A program made the translations under genes and the position numbers. Of a stretch of 39,734 nt of DNA, positions 28,612 to 38,623 are shown piece after piece. This stretch comes from Escherichia phage vB_EcoM_SHAK7854, in sequence record OR594182; one strand, 5' to 3'. Under the pieces are notes generated by a model. It worked only from the letters and a program-made list of their open reading frames with translations. It was not told the DNA's origin and ran no database searches. How positions within the stretch are numbered: position 1 is the stretch's first letter; every line of letters begins with the position of its first letter.

Positions 28612-28656
28612 GGGCCTATAGATTTACCTTAACTATCACTATAGGGACTATAGGCC
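28612..28656 (+). other. 10-bp perfect inverted repeat (GGGCCTATAG / CTATAGGCCC) enclosing the promoter before gene 13
   Basis: arms at 28612..28621 and 28647..28656. Confidence 0.5.
28627..28649 (+). promoter_or_regulatory. phage RNAP promoter (phi13-like)
   Basis: CCTTAACTATCACTATAGGGACT. Confidence 0.7.
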
Positions 28657-28688
28657 CTTTAAGTTATAATACTTTAATAGGAGACTTT

Positions 28689-29159
28689 ATGTATATTCGT
28701 AAAGCTACTGAACCCGATGTCCACCACTTTCTATGGAATCTTTCGGCAGATGATGTTAATGAGTGCAAAGCAAACTACGGGTCAACCGTGGGTCTCTCTG
28801 AAAGACTGCTTAAGCACCTATCTCCGTCATCTGTGGTTTTAACGAACGGTGTAGGCGAAGTGTTTGCCTATGGTGGAAACCAAGGGGATAACGTATGGTT
28901 CTTGACTTCCGGTCTTGTCTATAAGCTGAGACCTAAAGAGAAGCGAGAGTTCATGAAGCGTATCTCTGAGTACAGGGACTTAATGTTAGACCAATACGGG
29001 ACCATCTGGAACTACGTGTGGTCAGGCAATAAGTCTCACATTAAATTCTTGAAGTTGCTTGGGGCTAAATTCCATGATGATTGGACTGTCAGCCCGGTAA
29101 CTGGTGAGCGTTTTCAATTATTCACTATCTCTAAGGAGGACGTATGTGTGAACCCGTAA
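28689..29159 (+). CDS. internal virion / assembly protein (gp13-like)
   Basis: position between gp12 and gp14; 156 aa. Confidence 0.65.
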   Translation: MYIRKATEPDVHHFLWNLSADDVNECKANYGSTVGLSERLLKHLSPSSVVLTNGVGEVFAYGGNQGDNVWFLTSGLVYKLRPKEKREFMKRISEYRDLMLDQYGTIWNYVWSGNKSHIKFLKLLGAKFHDDWTVSPVTGERFQLFTISKEDVCVNP

Positions 29160-29731
29160 GTATCGGCATGGGTATCATGGCTGTAGCCGGGGCCACTATG
29201 TCCGCATCCCAGCAGGCCAAGGCCGAAGGTGCAGCAATTGACGCTCAGAACCGACAGGCTCAGGAAATGGTTAAGCAGATGAACTACTCTGACGCCAACC
29301 TGAGGATGCAGGAGCGAGACCTGAAGGAGCAGCAGATGGCTGAACTGACAGAGACCACGCTCAATGGTATCCGAAATCAGGGTATGGTACGAGCTGCGGT
29401 GGCTGAGTCCGGTCTGGAAGGTAACTCTATGGACAGGATTGAACGTCAGGTCGAAGGGGATACAGTCAAGGAGCGAGCAGGGATTACAGAAAGTTACAAC
29501 CGCGACTATGCGGCTATCTTCGGGAACCGTATCGCCAACATTGAGAACACCAAGTCTGCTATCCGTGGTCAGGGTAAAATTATCAAGACCAGCCCACTGG
29601 CTCATGCACTTAATGTTGCAAGCGCCGGGATGCAGGGGTACGCTGCTGGTAAGTCAATCTCTGGGGCATCAAGCTCTGGTGGTGCTGCACAGATTAGTGC
29701 TGCTAAAGGCACACCTACAGGTCATAGCTAA
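29144..29731 (+). CDS. internal virion protein A (T7 gp14 family)
   Basis: SMDRIERQVEGD and NRDYAAIFG resemble T7 gp14; AAGGAGG RBS. Confidence 0.85.
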   Translation: MCEPVSIGMGIMAVAGATMSASQQAKAEGAAIDAQNRQAQEMVKQMNYSDANLRMQERDLKEQQMAELTETTLNGIRNQGMVRAAVAESGLEGNSMDRIERQVEGDTVKERAGITESYNRDYAAIFGNRIANIENTKSAIRGQGKIIKTSPLAHALNVASAGMQGYAAGKSISGASSSGGAAQISAAKGTPTGHS

Positions 29732-29742
29732 GAGGAGGACTA

Positions 29743-32025
29743 ATGGCTAGTAATATTGAATCAGCTCTGGCTAATCGGACTATGGGTCGCGGCAGAGCGC
29801 CGGGTAAAACTATCGCCGTAAACTATCAAGCAGCCAACGTTCAGGCTCCGACTGGGGACTCCGGGCTGGCTCGTGCATTGACTAACTTCGTTGAGTCTGG
29901 GACAGGATTGTACAAGCAGTTCAAGGACGATGAGAAGACCAGAGCTGACGAGCGGTCTAACGAGATTATCCGTAAGTTGACACCTCAGCAGAGACGTGAG
30001 GCTATCCAGAACGGCACATTGCTGTATCAGGATGACCCTTACGCTATGGAAGCACTTCGAGTCAAGACTGGTCGTAATGCTGCCTTTGCCGTAGACGACG
30101 AGATTAACGTTAAGATTCAGAATGGTGAGTTCCGCACACGTCAGGAAATGGAAGAATATCGACACCAGCGACTTCAGGATGCCGCTAAGTCATATGCCGA
30201 AGAGGCGGGTATTAACCCTACCGACGAGTTCTTCCAGCGTGGATTCAACGATAACATCACGGACCGAAACATCGCTATCTATGGGTCTTTCAATAAGTAT
30301 TTCAGCAAGCAGTCTGAAGAGACAGCAATGTTGAACACTCGTATTGAGATGAACTCATTCCTGAACGATGGGGACCTGATGCGTTCGCCTGAGTCTGGAA
30401 AGACCTTCATGGCCTACCTTCGGGATGGACTAACGACTGCAGCTATCCCTTCGGACCAGCGAGCACGAGAGGTCATTACCCAGACGGTACGTGACGCAAT
30501 CCAGAAGTCTGGAGGCTCAAACTTCCTACAGCAAGTTCGAGGCGAGCGAATCACCCTTAACGGTGTGGATGCTACAGTCGAAGAGATTGTAGGACCTGAT
30601 GTCTTCAACGCTGCTATTGTTGAGGCACAGGGCACTGAGTACAAGCTGGTGGCTAAGTATCAGGAAGACTTGGCTTTAGGCGTTCAGTCTGCGATTCTTC
30701 AGGATGACCCGACCATCGGTCTGGCCCAGATTCAGAAACTCAAGGAGCAGAACAACCTGCTTCAACCGGGTGAAGAGCTCACGCCTCAGCGTCAGATGCT
30801 TATTAATGCCGAAGCCAGCTTGCTTGAAGCGGTCAAGCGTAAGTCTGCTGAACAGGCGAAGGAGAACACTAAGTTAATCCAGACCCAGAACAAGCAACTG
30901 GTCATTGACCAAGTGTATCAGCGACGTCTGGCTGGGGACAACGTGTCCACCAACTATGAGGACCTTCCTGTCTCTGACGCTACAGGTGAGTTCAAGCGTT
31001 CAGATATGAACAACTACGCGTCTGCCAAGCTACAGCAGATTGACCAGATGGACATCCCTGAGGCTGCTAAGGACGCTCAGAAGGTGGCATTGTTAAGAGC
31101 TGACACTAACAACGGTCCATTCCGTAATGCCTTCCAGACGCTGACTCAGGACGCTGCTGGTGAGTGGCAAGCTGCGGTCATCCGTGGACAGTACGACCCA
31201 GACAAGATGAAACGCTTCGAGTCTCTTCGTCGTGCCTACACTCAGGACCCTTCAAGTTTCGCTGCTCTGTATCCTGACCAAGCTCAGTTGTTCTCTACGT
31301 TCGACCAGATGGACAAGATGGGTCTGGACCCTCAGACGATGATTGAAGCCGATAAGCAAGCTGCAAGTCAAAGCCGTGAGATGCGCATGGAGTCAGACAA
31401 GGCGTGGCAGGAGTTGAAGAACGACTCTCGGAATAAGGACCTTTCGCGTCTTCCTACGTCTCTGGACGCAAGTGCTCGTAAGGTCTGGGACTCATGGTAC
31501 TACCGTACAGGTAACGCTGATGCTGCAACTCAGCAGACTCAACGATGGCTGAATGAAAATACCGTAACGTTCCAGTCTGAAGGTTCTGACGGTAAGTCCA
31601 TCGGCATGGTGTCAAAGCACCAGCTTATGGTCGGGGATAACCCAGAGTCGTGGCAGGTTGGTCGAGACATTATCGACACCGCTCGTAAGCAGCTCATTAA
31701 GGCCAACCCTTGGGTAGTGAACTCTCAGTTGTCCGTTGTTGAACAGAACGGCTCTATCTTCCTCCAAGACGCTACAGGGACTATTCGTATTCGCTACGAT
31801 AAAGAACTTGTAGGTAAACTCTACCGCGAACAACAGCAGAAGGCACAAGATGCCGCATACGCTCAGGCAGAACGTGACGCTAACAAGCGCGCGCGTATCG
31901 TCGGGACTAAAGCTGCTGGTGACAAACGTCGAGCTGACCGAGAGGCCAACATCGAGAAGCGCGGAGGGATGTACAATGACGTCTCATTGGAGGGTATCGC
32001 AAACGTACTAATCGGTAAGGAGTAA
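29743..32025 (+). CDS. internal virion protein B (T7 gp15 family)
   Basis: 760 aa, position and size match gp15. Confidence 0.85.
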   Translation: MASNIESALANRTMGRGRAPGKTIAVNYQAANVQAPTGDSGLARALTNFVESGTGLYKQFKDDEKTRADERSNEIIRKLTPQQRREAIQNGTLLYQDDPYAMEALRVKTGRNAAFAVDDEINVKIQNGEFRTRQEMEEYRHQRLQDAAKSYAEEAGINPTDEFFQRGFNDNITDRNIAIYGSFNKYFSKQSEETAMLNTRIEMNSFLNDGDLMRSPESGKTFMAYLRDGLTTAAIPSDQRAREVITQTVRDAIQKSGGSNFLQQVRGERITLNGVDATVEEIVGPDVFNAAIVEAQGTEYKLVAKYQEDLALGVQSAILQDDPTIGLAQIQKLKEQNNLLQPGEELTPQRQMLINAEASLLEAVKRKSAEQAKENTKLIQTQNKQLVIDQVYQRRLAGDNVSTNYEDLPVSDATGEFKRSDMNNYASAKLQQIDQMDIPEAAKDAQKVALLRADTNNGPFRNAFQTLTQDAAGEWQAAVIRGQYDPDKMKRFESLRRAYTQDPSSFAALYPDQAQLFSTFDQMDKMGLDPQTMIEADKQAASQSREMRMESDKAWQELKNDSRNKDLSRLPTSLDASARKVWDSWYYRTGNADAATQQTQRWLNENTVTFQSEGSDGKSIGMVSKHQLMVGDNPESWQVGRDIIDTARKQLIKANPWVVNSQLSVVEQNGSIFLQDATGTIRIRYDKELVGKLYREQQQKAQDAAYAQAERDANKRARIVGTKAAGDKRRADREANIEKRGGMYNDVSLEGIANVLIGKE

Positions 32026-32029
32026 CATA

Positions 32030-35000
32030 ATGGCGACTCGTGGTATTCGCAATAACAATCCGGGTAACATCCGGGTAAGTAAGGACCAATGGGAAGGAAT
32101 GACTGGAGATGATGGCGCATTCGTCACCTTCGATAGTCCAGAGTCTGGCGTCCGAGCTTTAGGTAAAAACCTGCTGTCCTACGGTCGCCAAGGTTATGAT
32201 TCCATCGAGAAGATTATCAACAGATGGGCACCTCCTAACGAGAACGACACTAAGGCTTATATTGACTCAGTGGTGGCTGCAACTGGTATTCCAGCTACAC
32301 AGAGTCTCGACCTATCGGACCCTGACACCCTGTCTTCTCTGGCACAAGCTATCAGCTTCCATGAGACAGGCTCACGGTACGACCCTGAAGTCTATCAGAA
32401 GGGAGTCGCACGGGCACTCAACGGCATTAGCCCAAAGACTCCACCAGTAAGCGCTAACGTATTTGACGCACTCACGGAAGGACTCAAGGCTAAACCTAAA
32501 GTAGCTCTGGGTGAGAACCTTCCGACCGCTGCTGGTCTGAACATTGAGGGTCAAGCACCTGAATCTCCCAACGAATCGTTCGGTGAGATGTTCTATAAGG
32601 CTACTGGAGAGACCATGCAGGAGCAAGAGGACCGCTCTACGTGGTTCGGTTTCGGTGCGGCTACAGAAGCTGAAGTGAAGAACTCTATGGTCGGCGTGGC
32701 TATACGAGCTGGTCAGACTGAGGACTCACTGGATGTCATTGGCGATGTGTTCAACCCAACCAGATGGAACAACCATAAGTGGTCTCGTGAGGAGCTAGAC
32801 CAGATTCGTAACGCTGGGGTTTTGCCTCAGTATTACGGAGTCATTACTGGTGGATCTCCTCAGAACCTGACCGAGCTTATTAACTTGGCGCTTGAGAACC
32901 AGAAGTTGGACCAAGAGAAGGCCAAGGCTGGGACTGGTGCTCAACTGGCGGCTGGTGTGATTGGTGCTGGCGTGGACCCTCTGACCTACGTTCCTATTGC
33001 TGGGCAGGTAGGTAAAGGTGGTAAGCTAGTCAACAAGATGTTCACTGTGGCTGCTCAGTCTGGTGCTCTGGCTGGGGCATCCGAGATTGCTCGAACCTCA
33101 GTTGCTGGTGGGGACGCTCATGTTGCTGAAGCTATCCTTGGTGGTGCTCTCTTCGGTGGTGGCATGACTGCTATCGCTGATGGACTAGGTAGAGCCTTAG
33201 GTCGCAACACTAATGAGTTTGCTGGTCCAGCTACACGTTTGGAAGCTCGTGAGACCGCTCGTAACGTTGATGGTCAGGACCTGTCCCGTCTCCCTATTCA
33301 GGAAGGTGAGCAGACCTTTAGTCATCAAGGCGTTAAGTTCGCTGACGTTCCGAATGAGCCGGGAAGTGTACGATTAGAAGACGGTTCAATCCTGATTGGT
33401 GAGAACCCTCTGAACCCTAAGACACGTCAAGTCTTTGACGAAGTGATTGAGCCGGAACGTGCCGCTGCTGGTGTTAACCTTGGTGGACTTACCGAGATTG
33501 GCCTGAAGCTGCTTCGGTCTGAGAACCCTGAGATTCGTGGAGTAGCTGCTGACTTAGTGCGTTCACCTACTGGTATGCAGTCTGGGGCCTCAGGTAAAAT
33601 CGGGACAACAGCGTCAGACGTGTTCGAGAGACTTCGTGCTGTGGACCATCGGTTCTACAACGACATAGACGATGCGGTTACTGAGGCACTCAAGGATCCG
33701 TACTTCCAGACAGCATTCTGGCGAGACTCTGGCGCATTCCGTCAGGACATCTACCAGCGTGTGTCTATGGCTATTGAAGACGGAAGTGGGAACCTGAAGG
33801 CTGAACTGACTCCGGGAGAACTGAAAGTCTATGACCTACTGAAGAACCAGTTCGACGCCAAGCGTGAGATGATGGAGAACCCAGCGATGTTTGGTCGTCC
33901 AGACGCTCAGTCTATCTTTCCGGGTAGCCGCTTCAAGGGAACCTACGTCCCTCATGTGTATAGCAAACAGATGAAGGAGCTGTACATCAAGGAGCTTGGG
34001 AGTCCAGAGGCGTTGCAGGAGGCCATCAAGAAGTCATGGTTGACCAGCTATGCGTCTCGACCTGAAGTCAAGAAACGCGTGGACGAGGCACTTTTAGAGG
34101 CTGACCCTACGTTGACTCCAGAAGGACTTGCGGCTGCGGTCGATAAGTACGCCAACGATAAGGCTTATGGTATCTCTCACACCGAGCAGTTCGAGCGTTC
34201 ATCCGTAATGGAGGAGAACATCAACGGGCTGGTGGGTCTGGAGAACAACAGCTTCCTTGAGGCTCGTAACCTGTTCGATAGCGATATGTCAATCGTTCTT
34301 CCTAACGGTCAGACCTTCAGTGTCAACAACCTGCGTGAGTGGGACATGGACAAGATTGTCCCGGCCTACAACCGTCGAGTTAATGGTGATATTGCTATCA
34401 TGGCTGGTACAGGCAAGACCACGAAGGAAATGAAGGACTTAGTTGAGACCATGATGAACAAGGCTGGCGATGACGGAAAGTTGAAAGGTGAAGTATCTAC
34501 CTTACGTGACACCCTGAAGATTCTCACTGGTCGTGCTCGACGTGATGGTGCTGATGATGCGGCCTTCGCTACCGTGATGCGCACGATGACAGACCTATCG
34601 TTCTTCGCTAAGAATGCCTACATGGGTGTTCAGAACTTAACGGAGATTGGTGGTATGCTGGCTCGTGGTAACGTTCGTGCCCTGCTACACGGAGTACCGA
34701 TGTTCCGTGACCTAGCCTTCCGTAACAAGAAGGTCGGGGCCTCGGAGATTAAGGACCTGCATAATGTTATCTTCGGTAAAGAATTAGACGACTCAATCCG
34801 TCCGTCTAAACAGGATGTTATCGACCGTCTGCGATCTTACAGTGACCTTAGTCGTGGTACAGCTACAGCTCTGGGGACTGCTAAGTATTACACTGGTGAA
34901 CTTGTAGTACGCTCTCCGTTCACTAAAGTCCTCAACGGTACGACCAACTACCTGTTAGATGCTGGACGTCAAGGCTTCCTGTCTGACATAGTGGAGCATA

Positions 35001-35917
35001 GCCTGACTGGTAGTAAGCGTAAGTTCGATGACCGCTGGCTGAAGACCGCTGGTATATCTGACGAGCAGTGGAGTGGAATTAAGTCCCTAATCCGTGAGTC
35101 AGTGACTCGTGGGCCAGACGGGAAGTACACCATCAAGGATAAGAAGGCATTCAGTCAGGACCCAAGGGCTATGGACCTGTGGCGTATGGGTGACACCATC
35201 GCTGACGAGACGTTACTCCGGCCTCATAAGCTGTCAAACATGGACGCCAAGGCTTATGGTCCTCTCGCTAAGACTGTCCTTCAGTTTAAGAACTTCGTCA
35301 TCAAGTCTATCAATGGGAGAACCATGCGAACCTTCTATAACGCCACGAAGAACAACAGAGCGATTGACGCTGCACTGTCGACCGTGATGTCTATGGGTCT
35401 GGCTGGTATCTACTACATGGCTCAGGCGCATGTCAAGGCTTATGCTATGCAGGATGGTCGAGACCGTGACTACCTTAAGCAAGCTCTGGACCCAACGATG
35501 ATTGGCTATGCGGCCCTGTCCCGTAGTTCACATCTTGGTGGCCCACTTGGGGTAGCTAACATTCTGGGAGGCATCGCTGGATATGAGGACACTAAGATGC
35601 TCCGTTCGTCTATCCTACCTCGTTCTCCTACAGAGAAGCCTGAGCGTGCCATCGCGTATGGTGCAGCTACAAGTGACCCTGTGATGAATGTTGTTGGTAA
35701 CTTCTTGGAGCAGGTTCCAGCTTTCGGATATGCTGCTAACGTTGGCGCTTCGGCTTACAACTTGGCTGGCTACCTCAAGGCTGATACTCGTGTCAACGAG
35801 CGTGACTACATGACCGGGATGTATAATACGTTCCGTGAACTGGTTCCGAACGACCCCATTACCCAGAAGCTGCTGCTTGGAACGTTTGAGGAGCAAGGCA
35901 TCCACATCAAGGACTAA
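32030..35917 (+). CDS. internal virion protein C/D (T7 gp16 family) with divergent N-terminal domain
   Basis: 1295 aa; from about residue 200 collinear with T7 gp16 (RWNSHIWT-like, GGSPQNL, VRSPTGMQSGASGK, TYVPHVY, RPEVK, AYGISH, ENNSFLEARNLFDSD, RRVNGDIAIM, FFAKNAYMG, NGTTNYLLDA, RAMDLWR, NNRAIDAALS, DPTMIGYAALSRSS, LVPNDP). Confidence 0.93.
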   Translation: MATRGIRNNNPGNIRVSKDQWEGMTGDDGAFVTFDSPESGVRALGKNLLSYGRQGYDSIEKIINRWAPPNENDTKAYIDSVVAATGIPATQSLDLSDPDTLSSLAQAISFHETGSRYDPEVYQKGVARALNGISPKTPPVSANVFDALTEGLKAKPKVALGENLPTAAGLNIEGQAPESPNESFGEMFYKATGETMQEQEDRSTWFGFGAATEAEVKNSMVGVAIRAGQTEDSLDVIGDVFNPTRWNNHKWSREELDQIRNAGVLPQYYGVITGGSPQNLTELINLALENQKLDQEKAKAGTGAQLAAGVIGAGVDPLTYVPIAGQVGKGGKLVNKMFTVAAQSGALAGASEIARTSVAGGDAHVAEAILGGALFGGGMTAIADGLGRALGRNTNEFAGPATRLEARETARNVDGQDLSRLPIQEGEQTFSHQGVKFADVPNEPGSVRLEDGSILIGENPLNPKTRQVFDEVIEPERAAAGVNLGGLTEIGLKLLRSENPEIRGVAADLVRSPTGMQSGASGKIGTTASDVFERLRAVDHRFYNDIDDAVTEALKDPYFQTAFWRDSGAFRQDIYQRVSMAIEDGSGNLKAELTPGELKVYDLLKNQFDAKREMMENPAMFGRPDAQSIFPGSRFKGTYVPHVYSKQMKELYIKELGSPEALQEAIKKSWLTSYASRPEVKKRVDEALLEADPTLTPEGLAAAVDKYANDKAYGISHTEQFERSSVMEENINGLVGLENNSFLEARNLFDSDMSIVLPNGQTFSVNNLREWDMDKIVPAYNRRVNGDIAIMAGTGKTTKEMKDLVETMMNKAGDDGKLKGEVSTLRDTLKILTGRARRDGADDAAFATVMRTMTDLSFFAKNAYMGVQNLTEIGGMLARGNVRALLHGVPMFRDLAFRNKKVGASEIKDLHNVIFGKELDDSIRPSKQDVIDRLRSYSDLSRGTATALGTAKYYTGELVVRSPFTKVLNGTTNYLLDAGRQGFLSDIVEHSLTGSKRKFDDRWLKTAGISDEQWSGIKSLIRESVTRGPDGKYTIKDKKAFSQDPRAMDLWRMGDTIADETLLRPHKLSNMDAKAYGPLAKTVLQFKNFVIKSINGRTMRTFYNATKNNRAIDAALSTVMSMGLAGIYYMAQAHVKAYAMQDGRDRDYLKQALDPTMIGYAALSRSSHLGGPLGVANILGGIAGYEDTKMLRSSILPRSPTEKPERAIAYGAATSDPVMNVVGNFLEQVPAFGYAANVGASAYNLAGYLKADTRVNERDYMTGMYNTFRELVPNDPITQKLLLGTFEEQGIHIKD

Positions 35918-35935
35918 ACTATCACTATAGGAAAC
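35913..35935 (+). promoter_or_regulatory. phage RNAP promoter (phi17-like)
   Basis: ACTAAACTATCACTATAGGAAAC; overlaps gp16 stop codon. Confidence 0.7.
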
Positions 35936-35981
35936 TGGAGGCGCTACCATAGGTCTCCATTTAAATCACAAAGGAGGCATA

Positions 35982-38513
35982 ATGTCCACGATTACACAAT
36001 TCCCTTCAGGAACCACTCAGTACAGGATTGAGTTCGACTACCTAGCCAGAACGTTTGTTGTTGTTACGCTGGTGAATAGCTCTAACCCTACCCTGAACCG
36101 TGTACTGGAAGTTGGTCGAGATTACCGATTCCTTAATCCAACGATGATTGAGATGTTGGTTGACCAATCAGGTTTCGACATAGTTCGTATTCACCGTCAG
36201 ACTGGAACTGACTTAGTGGTAGATTTCAGGAATGGCTCAGTGTTGACAGCTAGTGACCTGACCAATTCAGAGCTTCAGGCTATCCATATTGCAGAAGAAG
36301 GTCGAGACCAAACGGTTGACTTAGCGAAGGAATATGCCGATGCTGCTGGTAGCTCTGCTGGCAACGCTAAGGATAGCGAGGACGAAGCACGCCGAATCGC
36401 TGCGAGTATCAGGGAAGCTGGTCTAATTGGCTATATTACCCGTCGCTCCTTCGAGAAAGGCTACAACGTTACAACATGGAGCGAGGTCCTGCTATGGGAA
36501 GAGGATGGTGATTATTACCGCTGGGATGGTACGCTTCCAAAGAACGTTCCTGCTGGTTCAACTCCTGAAACTTCCGGTGGGATTGGATTAGGTGCGTGGG
36601 TTAGTGTTGGTGATGCTGCTTTAAGAAGTCAGATTTCAAACCCGGAAGGGGCAATACTCTACCCGGAATTGCAGATGGCAAGATGGCGTGATGAGGGTGA
36701 TGTTCGAGGCTGGGGTGCTAAAGGGGATGGTGTAACAGATAGTACGGAGAATATAGCTGCTTCACTAAATTCTCAAAAAGCTGTCGTAGCATCAGAAGGT
36801 GTATTCTCTAGTTCTGGTATTAATAGTAATTACTGTAACTTAGACGGTAGAGGTAGTGGCGTGCTAAGTCACCGTTCCAGTACAGGTAACTACTTAGTAT
36901 TTAACAATCCACGTACAGGTCGCTTAAGTAATATTACGGTAGAAAGTAATAAGGCGACTGATACAACTCAGGGACATCAGGTATCTCTTGCCGGTGGAAG
37001 TGATGTTACTGTAAGTGACGTTAACTTCTCAAACGTTAAAGGTACTGGTTTCAGTTTAATCGCATACCCTAATGATGCGCCACCTGATGGACTTATGATT
37101 AAAGGCATTCGAGGTAGCTATTCCGGATATGCTACTAATAAGGTAGCAGGATGCGTACTTGCTGACTCATCAGTTAACTCCCTCATAGATAACGTCATTG
37201 CTAAGAACTACCCTCAGTTCGGAGCAGTAGAGTTGAAAGGTACAGCCAGTTATAACATAGTAAGTAATGTTATAGGGGCAGATTGCCAGCATGTAACTTA
37301 CAACGGCACTGAAGGGCCAATAGCTCCTTCTAATAACCTTATCAAGGGGGTGATGGCTAATAACCCTAAGTATGCAGCGGTTGTTGCAGGCAAAGGAAGT
37401 ACGAACTTAATCTCAGACGTGCTCGTAGATTACTCAACTTCTGATGCTAGGCAGTCTCATGGTGTTACCGTAGAAGGGTCTGATAACGTCATAAATAATG
37501 TGCTTATGTCAGGATGTGATGGTACTAACTCTTTAGGACAAGGGCAGACTGCTGCAATTGCACGCTTTATAGGTACAGCTAATAACAACTATGCGTCTGT
37601 ATTTCCTAGCTACAGTGCTACAGGTGTTATTACTTTCGAATCCGGCTCTACCCGTAACTTCGTAGAGGTAAAGCACCCTGGCAGGAGGAACGACCTTCTC
37701 AGTTCTGCTAGTACTATTGACGGTGCAGCTACTATTGACGGCACTAATAATAGTAACGTAGTGCACGCACCCGCCTTAGGGCAGTACATAGGTAGTATGT
37801 CAGGTAGGTTCGAATGGCGGATTAAGTCCATGTCACTTCCGTCAGGCGTTCTTACCTCGGCTGATAAGTACAGAATGCTTGGGGATGGTGCTGTGTCATT
37901 AGCTGTAGGAGGGGGTACTTCTTCTCAAGTTCGCTTATTTACTTCTGATGGTACTTATCGGACAGTATCGCTCACCAACGGTAACGTGCGTCTTCCTACC
38001 AGTAGCACAGGTTATTTGCAGTTAGGTTCTGATGCAATGACACCAGATAGTACTAATACATACGCATTAGGTTCCGCAAGTAGAGCATGGTCTGGCGGTT
38101 TTACTCAATCAGCATTCACTGTTGTCTCAGATGCTAGGGATAAAACAGAGCCTCTTAATATCTCAGATGCTTTACTGGATGCTTGGTCTGAAGTTGACTT
38201 TGTGCAGTTTCAGTACTTGGACCGAATTGAGGAGAAGGGTGCAGACTCAGCTAGATGGCACTTCGGCATCATCGCTCAGCGAGCTAAGGAGGCATTCGAA
38301 CGTCACGGTATAGATGCACATCGCTATGGCTTCCTGTGCTTCGACAGTTGGGATGATGTATACGAGGAAGATGCCAATGGCTCTCGTAAACTGATTACAC
38401 CAGCAGGTTCCCGCTACGGTATTCGTTACGAGGAAGTACTGATATTAGAGGCTGCGTTGATGCGGCGTACTATTAAGCGTATGCAGGAAGCATTAGCTGT
38501 TATGTCTAAGTGA
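35982..38513 (+). CDS. tail fiber / tailspike (gp17): T7-like N-terminal adaptor, beta-helix-like central domain, C-terminal intramolecular chaperone-like domain
   Basis: N-terminus FDYLARTFVVVTL, DYRF, VDFRNGSVLTASDL, IAEEGRDQT matches T7 gp17; central region has short repeated beta-strand-like segments; C-terminus carries SDARDK Ser-Lys motif. Confidence 0.9.
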   Translation: MSTITQFPSGTTQYRIEFDYLARTFVVVTLVNSSNPTLNRVLEVGRDYRFLNPTMIEMLVDQSGFDIVRIHRQTGTDLVVDFRNGSVLTASDLTNSELQAIHIAEEGRDQTVDLAKEYADAAGSSAGNAKDSEDEARRIAASIREAGLIGYITRRSFEKGYNVTTWSEVLLWEEDGDYYRWDGTLPKNVPAGSTPETSGGIGLGAWVSVGDAALRSQISNPEGAILYPELQMARWRDEGDVRGWGAKGDGVTDSTENIAASLNSQKAVVASEGVFSSSGINSNYCNLDGRGSGVLSHRSSTGNYLVFNNPRTGRLSNITVESNKATDTTQGHQVSLAGGSDVTVSDVNFSNVKGTGFSLIAYPNDAPPDGLMIKGIRGSYSGYATNKVAGCVLADSSVNSLIDNVIAKNYPQFGAVELKGTASYNIVSNVIGADCQHVTYNGTEGPIAPSNNLIKGVMANNPKYAAVVAGKGSTNLISDVLVDYSTSDARQSHGVTVEGSDNVINNVLMSGCDGTNSLGQGQTAAIARFIGTANNNYASVFPSYSATGVITFESGSTRNFVEVKHPGRRNDLLSSASTIDGAATIDGTNNSNVVHAPALGQYIGSMSGRFEWRIKSMSLPSGVLTSADKYRMLGDGAVSLAVGGGTSSQVRLFTSDGTYRTVSLTNGNVRLPTSSTGYLQLGSDAMTPDSTNTYALGSASRAWSGGFTQSAFTVVSDARDKTEPLNISDALLDAWSEVDFVQFQYLDRIEEKGADSARWHFGIIAQRAKEAFERHGIDAHRYGFLCFDSWDDVYEEDANGSRKLITPAGSRYGIRYEEVLILEAALMRRTIKRMQEALAVMSK

Positions 38514-38614
38514 GTAATACTGGAAAGAATCGAAGCCAGACTTTCTGCTCTTGAACAGAAGTAATAAACAAACCATTTTGCCATTAAGTTGGTGGGTAGA
38601 TGTTAGAGGGTTGT

Positions 38615-38623
38615 GGGGGGGGG
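38615..38623. repeat. G9 homopolymer tract in the gene 17-17.5 intergenic region
   Basis: nine consecutive G read directly. Confidence 0.9.

Noticed and set aside
29364-29750. Alternate-frame + strand ORFs overlapping core genes (29364..29750, 12569..12787, 15858..16157, 27683..28135, 35109..35387)
   Set aside because: Embedded in other frames of genes with strong homology support; no RBS; low-complexity translations.
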